This document shows, in pieces, positions 19,392-29,186 of a DNA stretch of 64,000 nucleotides (its first letter is position 1; each line of letters begins with the position of its first letter). Below the pieces are notes generated by a model. The model was not told where the DNA came from. It made no database searches and saw nothing but the letters and a program-made list of their open reading frames with translations. Source of the DNA: Chamaesiphon sp. (GTDB lineage Bacteria; Cyanobacteriota; Cyanobacteriia; Cyanobacteriales; Chamaesiphonaceae); contig CBDFFH010000015.1 of assembly GCA_965246715.1 (NCBI GenBank), positions 64,001 through 128,000 on the forward strand. The letters are read 5' to 3'. The translations under genes and the position numbers were made by a program.

Positions 19392-20588
19392 ATGGAAGCC
19401 ACCCCCAGCCAAATCAGCCAAGCGGTTCAAAATCTCTACGATACATATCCCTTTCCCCCCGAACCGCTACTCGACGAACCACCCCCAGGCTTTAACTGGC
19501 GCTGGCAGTGGGATGCTGCTTATAATTTTTGTACCGGACAGATGCCCAGTCGCCGCGATATCCGGATTCTCGATGCTGGTTGCGGTACGGGCGTAAGTAC
19601 CGATAGCCTCGTCCACCTCAATCCCCAGGCGCAAGTAACAGCGATCGATCTCAGTCCTGGCGCACTCAAAGTTGCCCGAGAACGCTGTCAGCGATCGGGA
19701 GCCGATCGGGTAGAATTTCATCATCTGAGTCTGTTCGATGTCGCCCAGCTCCCAGGGAAATTCGACCTAATTAACTCGGTGGGTGTACTCCACCATACCC
19801 CCGACCCAATTCGCGGGATTCAAGCCTTAGCTGGCAAATTAGCCCCTGGTGGGTTGATGCATATTTTCGTCTATGGTGAGTTGGGACGATGGGAGATCGA
19901 ACTGATGCAAAAAGCGATCGGCATATTGCAAGGAGACAAACGTGGCGATTATCAAGATGGTGTCAAAATCGGTCGATCGGTATTTGCCTCGCTCCCCGAA
20001 AATAATCGCCTCGTCAAACGGGAAAAAGAACGCTGGGCGATCGAAAATCATAAAGATGAATGCTTTGCCGACATGTACGTTCATCCCCAAGAAATCGACT
20101 ATAATATCGAGACTTTATTTGAATTAATCGATGCTTCCGGTCTAGAATTTATCGGTTTTTCTAATCCGGAATTCTGGAGCTTGGAACGATTATTAGGTAA
20201 TGCACCTGAAGCTTTAGAACGCGCTAAAAAGTTAGATATTCGCCAACAATATCGCCTAATCGAACTCCTCGATCCCGATGTCGCACATTATGAGTTTTTC
20301 CTAGCAAAACCACCCCTAGCAGCACCGATCGATTGGTCGCAAGATGAGCTGTTTCTGGCTGCTATCCCCCATCGACATCCCTGTCTGGAAGGGTGGGAAA
20401 GTCAACATGTGTTTAATTGTGACTGGAAATTAATCGAGCTATCTGCTGCTGAATTTGCGTTTATGCAAGCTTGCGATCGGAATCAATCGCCACAATTATC
20501 AGTAGGAGCGCTTTTAAAGAACATCGAACTATCGATCGATAATGTTCGATCGCTCTTGGCGAATAAGTTAATTATGTTGAGTAAGTAA
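19392..20588 (+). CDS. Class I SAM-dependent methyltransferase (conserved cyanobacterial)
   Basis: ILDAGCGTG, GVLHH.PDP..G; ORF track start 19305 is probably too far upstream. Confidence 0.85.
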   Translation: MEATPSQISQAVQNLYDTYPFPPEPLLDEPPPGFNWRWQWDAAYNFCTGQMPSRRDIRILDAGCGTGVSTDSLVHLNPQAQVTAIDLSPGALKVARERCQRSGADRVEFHHLSLFDVAQLPGKFDLINSVGVLHHTPDPIRGIQALAGKLAPGGLMHIFVYGELGRWEIELMQKAIGILQGDKRGDYQDGVKIGRSVFASLPENNRLVKREKERWAIENHKDECFADMYVHPQEIDYNIETLFELIDASGLEFIGFSNPEFWSLERLLGNAPEALERAKKLDIRQQYRLIELLDPDVAHYEFFLAKPPLAAPIDWSQDELFLAAIPHRHPCLEGWESQHVFNCDWKLIELSAAEFAFMQACDRNQSPQLSVGALLKNIELSIDNVRSLLANKLIMLSK

Positions 20589-20626
20589 GAAGTCATGCTT
20601 AGATTTTAGTGCGTTCTGGAGTTGTG

Positions 20627-20669
20627 ACCCACCCCGTCGCTACGCGCCACCCCTCCTTGGAGGGGAATT
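20627..20669 (+). repeat. ACCCACCCC...CCCCTCC..GGAGGGGAA dispersed repeat (related copy at ~34182-34223; degenerate inverted copy at ~20968-21007)
   Basis: acccaccccgtcgctacgcgccacccctccttggaggggaatt vs acccaccccaccctatcgggcacccctccgaggaggggaatt. Confidence 0.65.
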
Positions 20670-20710
20670 ATATGCAGAGTTACTAATAACTAATAACTAA
20701 CAACTACCTT

Positions 20711-20953
20711 ATGTCTGTAACCGTTCATTTTTTACCCGATCGAGTCACCGTGGCAGCCGAAGCGGGCGAACCCTTATTAAATGTTGCCGAGCGCGCGGGA
20801 ATATCGATTCCCACTGGCTGTTTGATGGGTTCGTGTTATGCCTGTGAGGTCGAAATTGAAGGCGCAGATAACCCCGTTCGTGCTTGTCTTGCTTCTGTCC
20901 CTACCAGCGAATCCACCCTCATCGTCCATCGTTACGACGACCCCGTGTGGTAA
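20711..20953 (+). CDS. Small 2Fe-2S ferredoxin-like protein
   Basis: IPTGCLMGSCYACEVE...VRAC. Confidence 0.88.
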   Translation: MSVTVHFLPDRVTVAAEAGEPLLNVAERAGISIPTGCLMGSCYACEVEIEGADNPVRACLASVPTSESTLIVHRYDDPVW

Positions 20954-21043
20954 TCGATCGATATTGCTTCCCTGCTTGTTACCCACCTGGAAGGGGTAGG
21001 GGTGGATACCATACCAGAACATCCCAACTAACCAAGAGGTCTC

Positions 21044-23602
21044 ATGTCTACCGAATCGCTAGTTAACTGGTTGGAATCGGCTACCGAGCTAGGCATGTTG
21101 TCGCGTGAGATTTTAGAAACGATCGCGTCCGAACTAGTGGTATCGATCGTCCCATCGGGGCAAAAAGTGACGGTCGAAGATACCCCTGTCACCAATCTAT
21201 ACATCCTAGAATCCGGACAAGCAGAGCGGTATCGCCGTAAACAACCAGGATTGATGTGGGCGACTGGTTTGTTACCTGGCGCGGTAGTAAATTTATCAGC
21301 ATTGCAGCGCGGGCAAGCCACAGATAGTCGGGTAGTAACGCTGACAGAGTGCCAGTTTCAGACACTTGCTGCCGATCGGTGGCAGGCATTAGTCGTTCGA
21401 TACCCAGAAATTACCACCGCCTATGCTCAGCGGTTGGCAACTAAATTAGAGCAACTAGAAGGCGAAATTGTCTACGAACGCGATCGACAAGCCGCGTTGC
21501 GTCCCTATCTAGTCCCACAAGCCAAGCGCGGGATTATCGGTAGCAGCCGTTATGCAGTGAAGTTGCGCCAGCAAATTCGGGCTGCGGCTAGCGACGATCG
21601 TTCGGTCTTAATTTCGGGCGAGCCAGGATTGGAAAAAGATAATATTGCCGCGCTGATTCATTTTGGTTCCAAGCGTCGTCATCAACCGATAATTACCCTC
21701 AAAAGTGCCCTAATTACGCCCAATGGCGCAGAATTATTCGGGCGAGTGGGTGGTAAACCTGGATTATTAGAATGGTTGGGTGAAGGGACGTTAATTTTAA
21801 ATGATGTTCAACAATTATCGCCTGAATTAATCCCACAGATCGAGCGATTGCTAACTACAGCTACCTATACCCCAGTCGATCGATCTGGGCGAGACTCGAT
21901 CCCCCATCGACCGAGTAATGTGCGGCTGATTCTGATCTCAGAGCGCGTACAACCTCGATTGAGTAAAGCGATTGGTCGCAAGATCGATGTCCCTGGATTG
22001 CGGGTGCGCAAGGCCGATTTGGAGGCACAGGTGAGTTACTATATCAATATTATTTGTCGGCAGAAACAAATCCCTAAACCCCATGTGACCCCAGAAGCAA
22101 TTCGCCGCTTGCAAGCATATGATTTTCCTGGCAATCTCCAGGAATTACAGGGGATGGTCGAGCGCGCATTAGCGCAAGCACAGGGCAGTAATTTACTCAC
22201 CGAAGAAGTATTTTGGGTACAGGGCGCGAAGAAGCAACTATTTCGATTAAATCTATTAAATGCTTATCCATGGTTGCGGCAATTGTTACGTAGCGATTGG
22301 TATCCCGATCGGATTAATTATGGATTTACGGCTTGGGTATTTCCGATTGTCGTAGCCATCTTATTTATCGCCCCACAAGATCGCCAACATAACTTTGCAC
22401 TAAATTTATTTTGGGCGTGGTGGTGGCCGTTAATTTTATTGCTATTCCCAATAATCGGTCGGCTGTGGTGTGCTTTTTGTCCATTTATGATTTATGGCGA
22501 AATAGTTCAAAAACTATCGCTGAAAATCTGGCCGCGTACACTCCAAAAATGGCCGCGCGAACTTGCCGAAAAGTGGGGTGGCTGGTTTCTATTCGGGTTA
22601 TTCTTCCTGATATTTCTCTGGGAAGAATTGTGGAACTTAGAAAATACTGCTTATTTATCTAGCTGGTTATTGCTGCTAATTACTGGTGGAGCGGTAGTTT
22701 TTTCACTGATCTTCGAGCGGCGATTTTGGTGTCGTTACTTATGTCCGATCGGCGGGATGAATGGGTTATTTGCCAAACTCTCGATCGTCGAATTACGCGC
22801 CCAACAAGGTACCTGTGCGGCAGAATGTACCACTTATCACTGTTATAAAGGTGGAGTAGGTTTTGGCGAAGGCGCGACCACTAATGGCTGTCCGATTTAT
22901 TCGCATCCAGCGCAACTTACCGATAATAAAGACTGCGTATTATGTATGACTTGCTTTAAAGCTTGTCCGCATCGATCGGTAGAATTAAATCTGCGTCCGC
23001 CCGGAATCGAACTTTGGACGACACATGTCCCGCACGGCTATGAAGTGGCTTTATTATTTTTATTACTCGGTGGTGTCTATTTACATCGCTTGCCAGAAAT
23101 CAACAAATTATTGAATTTACAAGTAGATTTAACTCAATTTTCGCCGCATTTAGGACTGTCGATCGCGGCAATAGTTGTCCCCGCAACCATTCCCTGTCTG
23201 GCTTATGGGGTAATGCAGGGGGTAGCCCTGCTGGGACAGTTAGAATTTATCCCAGTTAAAATCGCTAAGTTGCCACCATTTATCGACCTAGCCTATGGAT
23301 ATTTGCCGTTAGTTTTAGGGGCTAATTTAGCTCACTACTTTAAGTTGGGGTTGACAGAGGGCGGACAAATTATCCCTGTTACATTTGCAACCTTTGGACA
23401 GTTTGCTGCCGATCTGCCTAGCTTTAGCGTGCATCCCGCCGCGATCGCCTTTTTACAAGGGCTAACTTCGATTTTTGCCCTACTGGTGACGATCTTTCTG
23501 ACTCAGAAAATTGCCAAACGTCCGCTGCGATATCTCTTACCACAACATCTAGCGAGTATTTGTTTGACGGTAAGCTTATGGTATCTAATCATCGGCAATT
23601 GA
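21044..23602 (+). CDS. cNMP-binding + sigma54-activator-like AAA+ + polytopic 4Fe-4S membrane domain fusion protein
   Basis: cNMP fold N-term (LYILESG); VLISGEPGLEKD, YDFPGNLQEL; GRLWCAFCPF, FWCRYLCPIGG, CVLCMTCFKACP. Confidence 0.85.
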   Translation: MSTESLVNWLESATELGMLSREILETIASELVVSIVPSGQKVTVEDTPVTNLYILESGQAERYRRKQPGLMWATGLLPGAVVNLSALQRGQATDSRVVTLTECQFQTLAADRWQALVVRYPEITTAYAQRLATKLEQLEGEIVYERDRQAALRPYLVPQAKRGIIGSSRYAVKLRQQIRAAASDDRSVLISGEPGLEKDNIAALIHFGSKRRHQPIITLKSALITPNGAELFGRVGGKPGLLEWLGEGTLILNDVQQLSPELIPQIERLLTTATYTPVDRSGRDSIPHRPSNVRLILISERVQPRLSKAIGRKIDVPGLRVRKADLEAQVSYYINIICRQKQIPKPHVTPEAIRRLQAYDFPGNLQELQGMVERALAQAQGSNLLTEEVFWVQGAKKQLFRLNLLNAYPWLRQLLRSDWYPDRINYGFTAWVFPIVVAILFIAPQDRQHNFALNLFWAWWWPLILLLFPIIGRLWCAFCPFMIYGEIVQKLSLKIWPRTLQKWPRELAEKWGGWFLFGLFFLIFLWEELWNLENTAYLSSWLLLLITGGAVVFSLIFERRFWCRYLCPIGGMNGLFAKLSIVELRAQQGTCAAECTTYHCYKGGVGFGEGATTNGCPIYSHPAQLTDNKDCVLCMTCFKACPHRSVELNLRPPGIELWTTHVPHGYEVALLFLLLGGVYLHRLPEINKLLNLQVDLTQFSPHLGLSIAAIVVPATIPCLAYGVMQGVALLGQLEFIPVKIAKLPPFIDLAYGYLPLVLGANLAHYFKLGLTEGGQIIPVTFATFGQFAADLPSFSVHPAAIAFLQGLTSIFALLVTIFLTQKIAKRPLRYLLPQHLASICLTVSLWYLIIGN

Positions 23603-23832
23603 GTGCAGGATAAGCAAATCGATCGATTAACCTTATCTGCTTGAATCTGTAGATGAATAGTTATTATCTTTACACAAAGTATCAGCTCATGAGGCACCCC
23701 AGCCGCCACAGTCGATTATGTGTATCATCCGGAAGGCCGAAGTTAGCATCAATGAGTTGCTAGTAAATTAACGACAAGTTATGATTACCTTGAGATTTTC
23801 CGATTATCACTGTCTTAACCTTCGATCGTCAT

Positions 23833-24021
23833 ATGTCTGAAGCAACTACCACTTGGTACATCGTCAAAATCGCTAATAGTAGCTGTCAGATCGTTACCCA
23901 AGATGCACTTGAAACTGCCGATCTTGAATTTATCGAGCGGTGGGGGCCTTTTCCGTCCCGGTCGGAAGCCATCGCCAAACGCGTAGGACTAATCCGCGCG
24001 GGCAAATGTCAACCGGTCTGA
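23833..24021 (+). CDS. Small hypothetical protein (probably conserved in cyanobacteria)
   Basis: WYIVK...C.I...WGPF.S..EAIAKRVGLIRAGKCQP. Confidence 0.7.
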   Translation: MSEATTTWYIVKIANSSCQIVTQDALETADLEFIERWGPFPSRSEAIAKRVGLIRAGKCQPV

Positions 24022-24024
24022 CCA

Positions 24025-24061
24025 GATCCCCCGAGCTTACCAGCTAGTAAGCTGCGGGATC
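24025..24061. terminator. Hairpin between convergent genes
   Basis: gatccc.agcttac-cagcta-gtaagct.gggatc. Confidence 0.45.
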
Positions 24062-24081
24062 CAGTGGAGCGATTAAGCGAA

Positions 24082-24324
24082 CTAAATTACACCAGTACGA
24101 GTCAACCCAAGAATCGCACCAGTACCGAGAATGTGCCCGAAACACGCACCGCCGATTAGTTGAGCTGCGGTAAAACCACCAACTAGGGATGGGCCAGCTT
24201 TTTTAGCGACAGTTGCCGCCAACAACCCTAGCACGTTAGCTGCCAGCATGACGATCGCAATTGTTGGCGACCAAGCTTGACTCATCGTTACGGGTACAAT
24301 CGCGAACAAAGTGGTATGTAACAT
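24082..24324 (-). CDS. psaK: Photosystem I subunit PsaK (divergent paralogue)
   Basis: WSPTIAIVM..AN; ACFGHILGTGAILGLTRTGVI; ggag RBS. Confidence 0.85.
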   Translation of the reverse strand: MLHTTLFAIVPVTMSQAWSPTIAIVMLAANVLGLLAATVAKKAGPSLVGGFTAAQLIGGACFGHILGTGAILGLTRTGVI

Positions 24325-24482
24325 GGTTTACTCCTAAGAATTAACAATCTCAAACGGTCTGAAGTATTATATCGAAATTAGTTGGTATATTTGGCGATCG
24401 ATAAAAATCGAATCGTACTGCGAGGGATCGATTGTCGTATCGATTACACATTGGCGCTACTTGGCAATAAATAACGCGAAGG

Positions 24483-24749
24483 TCAGATCGCACCGGCATT
24501 AGTCAATCCCAAGATCGCCCCAGCTCCGAGAATATGCCCAAAACTCATGGTTGCGAGTAATTCAGGTAAGTTAAAATTCCGAAACAGATCTGGTTTGCCA
24601 ACTGGCAGATCTGGCCCACCGCCAGGATTGGCAATCGCAAACCGACCGATGACGATCGCGATCGCATTACAAACAATCATTACTATTGCAGTACTAAATC
24701 CCCAAGGTTCGGTATGAGGAATAGCTGCCAAGATCGAGTTGTACAACAC
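24483..24749 (-). CDS. psaK: Photosystem I subunit PsaK
   Basis: AIVMIVCNAIAIVIGRFAI, GPDLP, LPELLATMSFGHILGAGAILGLTNAGAI; GTG start. Confidence 0.93.
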   Translation of the reverse strand: MLYNSILAAIPHTEPWGFSTAIVMIVCNAIAIVIGRFAIANPGGGPDLPVGKPDLFRNFNLPELLATMSFGHILGAGAILGLTNAGAI

Positions 24750-24985
24750 AGATTAGGCTCCTGTACTTTCAAAAATTATTTTAAAACTTGTCTAAATAAG
24801 TATTAGCTAGCAAACACCCCAAACCAACTTTTTGACCGAATATTTAACAAATATTGGCAAAACTAGATACATTTCTTAGTCAGTAGTTGTTAGTGGCTAG
24901 TAAAAGTTTGACTTCTTTCGCTCCGACTTAAGGAATAGGTTCCTGTCACATAAGATATACTGCCCATGAGGCTTGCTGAAAACTG

Positions 24986-25615
24986 ATGCGAATTAAAATT
25001 TGTGGAATTACAACTATCGAGCAAGCGATCGCGATTGCCGATCTGGGTGCGACAGATTTAGGTTTTATTTGCGTGCCAAGTTCGCCCCGCCATCTGACTT
25101 TAAATCGCTTGCAGCCTATTGTCGAGGAGTTAGCGGGTCGGGTGAATACAGTAGGTGTATTTGCAGATTTTTCCGTTACCACCATTTCGTTTGTAGTGAC
25201 ATTGACAAATTTAGCTACCGTCCAACTGCACGGTACCGAGTCGATCGAATTTTGCCAAGAGTTGCGTCAATTACTACCAGAGACGGAAATTATTAAGGCA
25301 TGGCGCGTGCGTAGCCCAGCGGATCTAGATATTATCCAAACTTATCACGAGGTTGTCGATGGTTTGCTCCTAGATGCTTATCATCCCGCTGCACTAGGCG
25401 GTACGGGGCACAAGCTCGATTGGGAGCAGTTGGCGGCATTTAAGCCCTCGATCCCGTGGTTGCTAGCTGGCGGTTTGACCCCAGATAATATTCGGCTGGC
25501 ATTGAGCCAACTGCAACCGGATGGGATCGATCTCTCTAGTGGGGTAGAATCCTCTCCAGGTCATAAAAATTTAGCGTTGGTCGATTGCTTATTTGCAAAC
25601 TTGCAGGGAATTTAA
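24986..25615 (+). CDS. trpF: Phosphoribosylanthranilate isomerase
   Basis: IKICGIT, VQLHG.E, LLDAY, GGTG, LAGGL.PDN, DLSSGVE. Confidence 0.95.
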   Translation: MRIKICGITTIEQAIAIADLGATDLGFICVPSSPRHLTLNRLQPIVEELAGRVNTVGVFADFSVTTISFVVTLTNLATVQLHGTESIEFCQELRQLLPETEIIKAWRVRSPADLDIIQTYHEVVDGLLLDAYHPAALGGTGHKLDWEQLAAFKPSIPWLLAGGLTPDNIRLALSQLQPDGIDLSSGVESSPGHKNLALVDCLFANLQGI

Positions 25616-25673
25616 ATGCTAAAATATTTAGCGAATAGAGGTCGAACTATGTCACAGTTCGATCGCCGATCGA

Positions 25674-26537
25674 ATGGATAGTAGTAAAGTCATGAATGTC
25701 GATCGACAGTCACAGTTAGATATAGCCGACGTTAATCTCGTTACCCTTCGGACTGAAAGTCTCGCGCAGATCGAGCGGCTACAAGCAGATTTAAGTAACG
25801 CTCTCAATCTTGACATTGAAGAAATTCAAGCTCGACTGAGCAAATCGTTTCGCCACTTTCTGTTGGAGAAAGAACAGGAACGGATGCCATTTCTACAACG
25901 GGTCATGACTTCGCATATCGAAAATATGGAAGACGAGCGCGGCTTTCCACCCCGCCATCCAGTTCACTGGTTTAAATCTAAATTAGAATTTAGTTCTACA
26001 GGTATCTTAGAGTTCGATTTCAAAAAAGATGCCGAAGCATTTATGGAATCAGCGCTAGCCTATATCGAAAGCGATATCAAGGCACAATTAAGCACGAAAC
26101 AACAAGCCACCACTGAAATTGTCGATCGGCAGATTCGCGAATTACAGCAGAATTTAGCAACCCAACTTCAACCCGTTGCTAAAGCTAGAAAGATTATTAG
26201 TACCGAATATGTCAATAGTTTCATTCAAACTGGACGCATGATTTTAAAGGCTGTCGATCGCTTTTACTTTGTAAGTATGGGCGCACGATTTGATGCCAAA
26301 AAAGAATTGATTTATAGTGAAGTTTGCGTCCGTCCGACAGGATTTTTCGATCGATCTAAAAATGACGATAATCCCACCCAACTAAAATATGCAATCTCAT
26401 GCGATCGATTGCTAGATGTTGTCAATGAATCGATCGCTCGCTCGGTCGGACAGATCGACGCACAAGCCGTAGCGTATCTAACAGGCGAACTCATCCCCCA
26501 GATCGATAACTTATTTCAAGGATTAGAATCTAACTAA
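25674..26537 (+). CDS. Hypothetical protein, predicted largely alpha-helical/coiled-coil
   Basis: 287-aa ORF filling the space between trpF and hemF; no recognised motif. Confidence 0.65.
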   Translation: MDSSKVMNVDRQSQLDIADVNLVTLRTESLAQIERLQADLSNALNLDIEEIQARLSKSFRHFLLEKEQERMPFLQRVMTSHIENMEDERGFPPRHPVHWFKSKLEFSSTGILEFDFKKDAEAFMESALAYIESDIKAQLSTKQQATTEIVDRQIRELQQNLATQLQPVAKARKIISTEYVNSFIQTGRMILKAVDRFYFVSMGARFDAKKELIYSEVCVRPTGFFDRSKNDDNPTQLKYAISCDRLLDVVNESIARSVGQIDAQAVAYLTGELIPQIDNLFQGLESN

Positions 26538-26571
26538 TCCAAATTGCTACCTAGAAACGCCTACGATTGTG

Positions 26572-26662
26572 GCTATAGTTACAAAGTTCGCCTTTGCGGA
26601 CTGAAGTATTAGTCCGCGAAGGCGGACTTTGCATCATTAGCAGCGGTTTCTAACTGCTGCTA
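26572..26662. repeat. REP-like inverted doublet (CAAAGTTCGCCTTTGCGGACT...AGTCCGCGAAGGCGGACTTTG), uninterrupted form
   Basis: Same doublet forms the core of the 344-bp MITEs, where it is split by inserts. Confidence 0.75.
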
Positions 26663-26693
26663 TTATCGGTAGCTGTCAGGCTGGGAGATGGCA

Positions 26694-27722
26694 CTATCCT
26701 TGCCAATTAGCCCAATCTTGAGGCTTGAGAAACGTATTATACAGCTCGGCTTCTGGCGAATTAGGTTCGGGTGTATATCCATATTCCCACCGAACTAAAG
26801 GTGGTAACGACATCAGGATCGACTCGGTACGCCCGTTGGTTTGCAACCCAAAAATCGTGCCGCGATCGTAAACTAGATTGAACTCCACATAGCGTCCGCG
26901 CCGATAGAGCTGGAAATTGCGTTGATGTTCCCCATATTCTGTATTCCGACGACGTTCGACAATCGGGACATAGGCAGGTAAGAAGCTATTAGCACAGTCC
27001 TGCGAGATCGCGAATAATTGCTCCCAGGTGCGGGGTGCCGGAATCCCGATCGAGTCACTATATCCAGCGGCAGGGCCTTGCGGATCGGGGCCGCGATATA
27101 ATGCTCCTTGCCCATCTTGATAATCAAAGAAAATCCCGCCCACTCCGCGAGTTTCATTCCGATGCTTCAGATAAAAGTACTCATCGCACCATAACTTGAA
27201 GGTGGGATATAGATCGGGACTATGTTTGTCGCAAGCGTCCTTGAGCGTATTGTGCAGATGGCTGGCATCTTCAGCGAATGGATAGTAAGGAGTCAGATCC
27301 AAACCACCCCCAAACCACCAGACGGGGCCAGCTTCAAAGTAACGATAATTGAGATGAACTGTCGGAATATAAGGGTTGCGGGGATGCAATACCATCGAGG
27401 TGCCCGTCGCAAACCACCGATGTCCAGCAGCATCGGGACGCTGACTTAAAATTGAAGGTGGTAAATGGTCTCCCCAAACTTCCGAGAAATTTACGCCACC
27501 TTGCTCGAATACATTACCTTCTTTCATCACCCGCGATCGACCGCCACCACCTTCGGGGCGATCCCAGCTCTCTTCTTGAAACTTACCGCCACCATCCACA
27601 GCTTCTAAGCCCTGACAGACGCTATCCTGAAAGTCTCGCATAAACTGCACGATCCGCTGTTTGGCATCGGCAGGTGGCAAAAAAGCATCATTTATCTTAC
27701 TGTCGGTGGAGAAAGCTGTCAT
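26694..27722 (-). CDS. hemF: Oxygen-dependent coproporphyrinogen III oxidase
   Basis: [46 protein letters not shown]. Confidence 0.97.
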   Translation of the reverse strand: MTAFSTDSKINDAFLPPADAKQRIVQFMRDFQDSVCQGLEAVDGGGKFQEESWDRPEGGGGRSRVMKEGNVFEQGGVNFSEVWGDHLPPSILSQRPDAAGHRWFATGTSMVLHPRNPYIPTVHLNYRYFEAGPVWWFGGGLDLTPYYPFAEDASHLHNTLKDACDKHSPDLYPTFKLWCDEYFYLKHRNETRGVGGIFFDYQDGQGALYRGPDPQGPAAGYSDSIGIPAPRTWEQLFAISQDCANSFLPAYVPIVERRRNTEYGEHQRNFQLYRRGRYVEFNLVYDRGTIFGLQTNGRTESILMSLPPLVRWEYGYTPEPNSPEAELYNTFLKPQDWANWQG

Positions 27723-27906
27723 ATCCGCAAGGTGAATGAGGTTAAATTAAAAATATTTGTAAAAGCAGCCGTTGGCGACTATCTAGCAAAGTAGCATATC
27801 CAGGCGATCGACAGTCGATCGTTGTTACGGGAAATATACAAATTAGGGAGTCAGTGAATAATAGTGTTGGAGATTGAAAAAATTCTTTCTATGCAGGTGT
27901 TGTCGT

Positions 27907-28026
27907 ATGTCGGAGGTTGCGGTTATGACTGCTGAGGAGTTGTTGGGGCGTTATGCGGCTGGGGAAAGAGATTTCAGTGGAGTTGATCTTGAAGGTGTGG
28001 ATCTTAGTAAGAAATGCTTACTGTAG
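27907..28026 (+). pseudogene. Truncated pentapeptide-repeat protein (N-terminal fragment)
   Basis: Manual translation MSEVAVMTAEELLGRYAAGERDFSGVDLEGVDLSKKCLL*; typical start of cyanobacterial pentapeptide proteins; ends at a REP doublet. Confidence 0.65.
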
Positions 28027-28195
28027 GATGGGCAAACTGAGAACTAGAATTATCGATCGAGCACAAGAATATTTGCCCATCACCATCAGCTTAATGTCTA
28101 CAAATCGATCGACATGTGACGCTCTCAATTGGAAATGGTGGGCAAACGCCCTAGACATTTTTCTCGATCGAAAGCAAGCAGTTTGCCCACCCTAC
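28023..28195. repeat. GTAG-type REP doublet (REPIN-like)
   Basis: GTAGGATGGGCAAA...TTTGCCCATC......GGTGGGCAAA...TTTGCCCACCCTAC. Confidence 0.7.
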
Positions 28196-28215
28196 TCGAC
28201 CTTATAGCTATGGTA

Positions 28216-28466
28216 ACGTCAGTTTGGGGTAAGAACAATTGATTTGCTCCGTTCCAGCACCGCCCTGAACTATAAGTTCGGGCTAATAGCTCAAGTTCTC
28301 TTCAGAGAACTGCCAAATCTATTAGTTCGTTAAAACGAACTTTTGCCATTAGCCCCTGCTTGGTGCGCTAAACCCTCGGGGAACCCGAGGAGCGCGCATC
28401 CGCAAATTCATTTGAGGGCGGTGTGCAACCGAAGCTAGGAGTCATTGAGCGGAAATACTTACCCCG
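28216..28466 (+). mobile_element. MITE with IS982-type left end, degenerate right end (copy of 18321-18580 subfamily)
   Basis: ACGTCAGTTTGGGGTAAG start; internal sequence colinear with the 18.3-kb copy. Confidence 0.7.
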
Positions 28467-28567
28467 CTCGATCGGCTATAGGCTGAGCGAGTGGCACTTT
28501 GGAGTAATGAGCGAGCCGTAGCATAGATGATTTATTGTAAAATAGAAAAAATACCTCCTGTGAAAAA

Positions 28568-28771
28568 ATGTTTACAGCAGTTGAAGAGATTGAATCGGCA
28601 ATTCTCAAACTCTCACCACAAGAGTTAGGCAAACTTGCAGAATGGGTTTTAGATTTAGACGAACAGAATTGGGATAAACAAATCGAACGAGATGCTGCCA
28701 CCGGAAAACTAGATTTCCTTGCCAAAGAAGCATTGGCAGAACTGGAAAGCGGCGAGAGCCGGATGCTCTAA
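28568..28771 (+). CDS. Putative type II antitoxin
   Basis: 67-aa acidic protein (VEEIESAI.KLS.QEL..L.EW...WDKQIERD...GKLD.LA.EAL); TAATG overlap with toxin. Confidence 0.75.
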   Translation: MFTAVEEIESAILKLSPQELGKLAEWVLDLDEQNWDKQIERDAATGKLDFLAKEALAELESGESRML

Positions 28772-29022
28772 TGCATTATACAACTAAGAGATTCTGGAAA
28801 TGCTATGACACTTTGCCAGCCGCCGTTCGGCAAGTAGCCGACCAAAACTATGAATTACTAAAAACTGACCCATCTCATCCTTCCCTGCACTTCAAGAAGG
28901 TTGGAGAATTTTGGTCGGTTCGGGCGGGGAGAGGCTATCGAGCTTTGGGTGTAGAAACAGCAAAAGGCATTTCGTGGGTTTGGATCGGTACACACGCAGA
29001 ATATGACAAATTAATTGGCTAA
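28771..29022 (+). CDS. Putative RelE/ParE-superfamily type II toxin
   Basis: 83-aa basic protein, F.KCY..LP..V...A...Y.LL..DP.HPSLHFKKV...WSVR....YRALG...WVWIG.HAEYD. Confidence 0.8.
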   Translation: MHYTTKRFWKCYDTLPAAVRQVADQNYELLKTDPSHPSLHFKKVGEFWSVRAGRGYRALGVETAKGISWVWIGTHAEYDKLIG

Positions 29023-29186
29023 AACCTTTGTTGACTCGGCAGGTAATAGCGATCGTGTATTTAGGGCGAGAGTTCACTTAAATACTCCCAATCCTCATGT
29101 TGCGATATAGACTATTCCCAGTTAAGATGCCGACGGTGTGATTTAGGCTATAGACTAAATCCATAGTCGAAAATATATAAATACTG

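Noticed and set aside
21044..23602. Call as a functional NtrC-type sigma54 activator
   Set aside because: No GAFTGA loop, degenerate Walker motifs, no C-terminal HTH
25674..26537. Possible fragment of a dynamin-like protein
   Set aside because: Helical character only; no GTPase motifs, so left as hypothetical
27953..28207. 84-aa ORF in track
   Set aside because: Alternative frame over the pentapeptide stump and REP doublet
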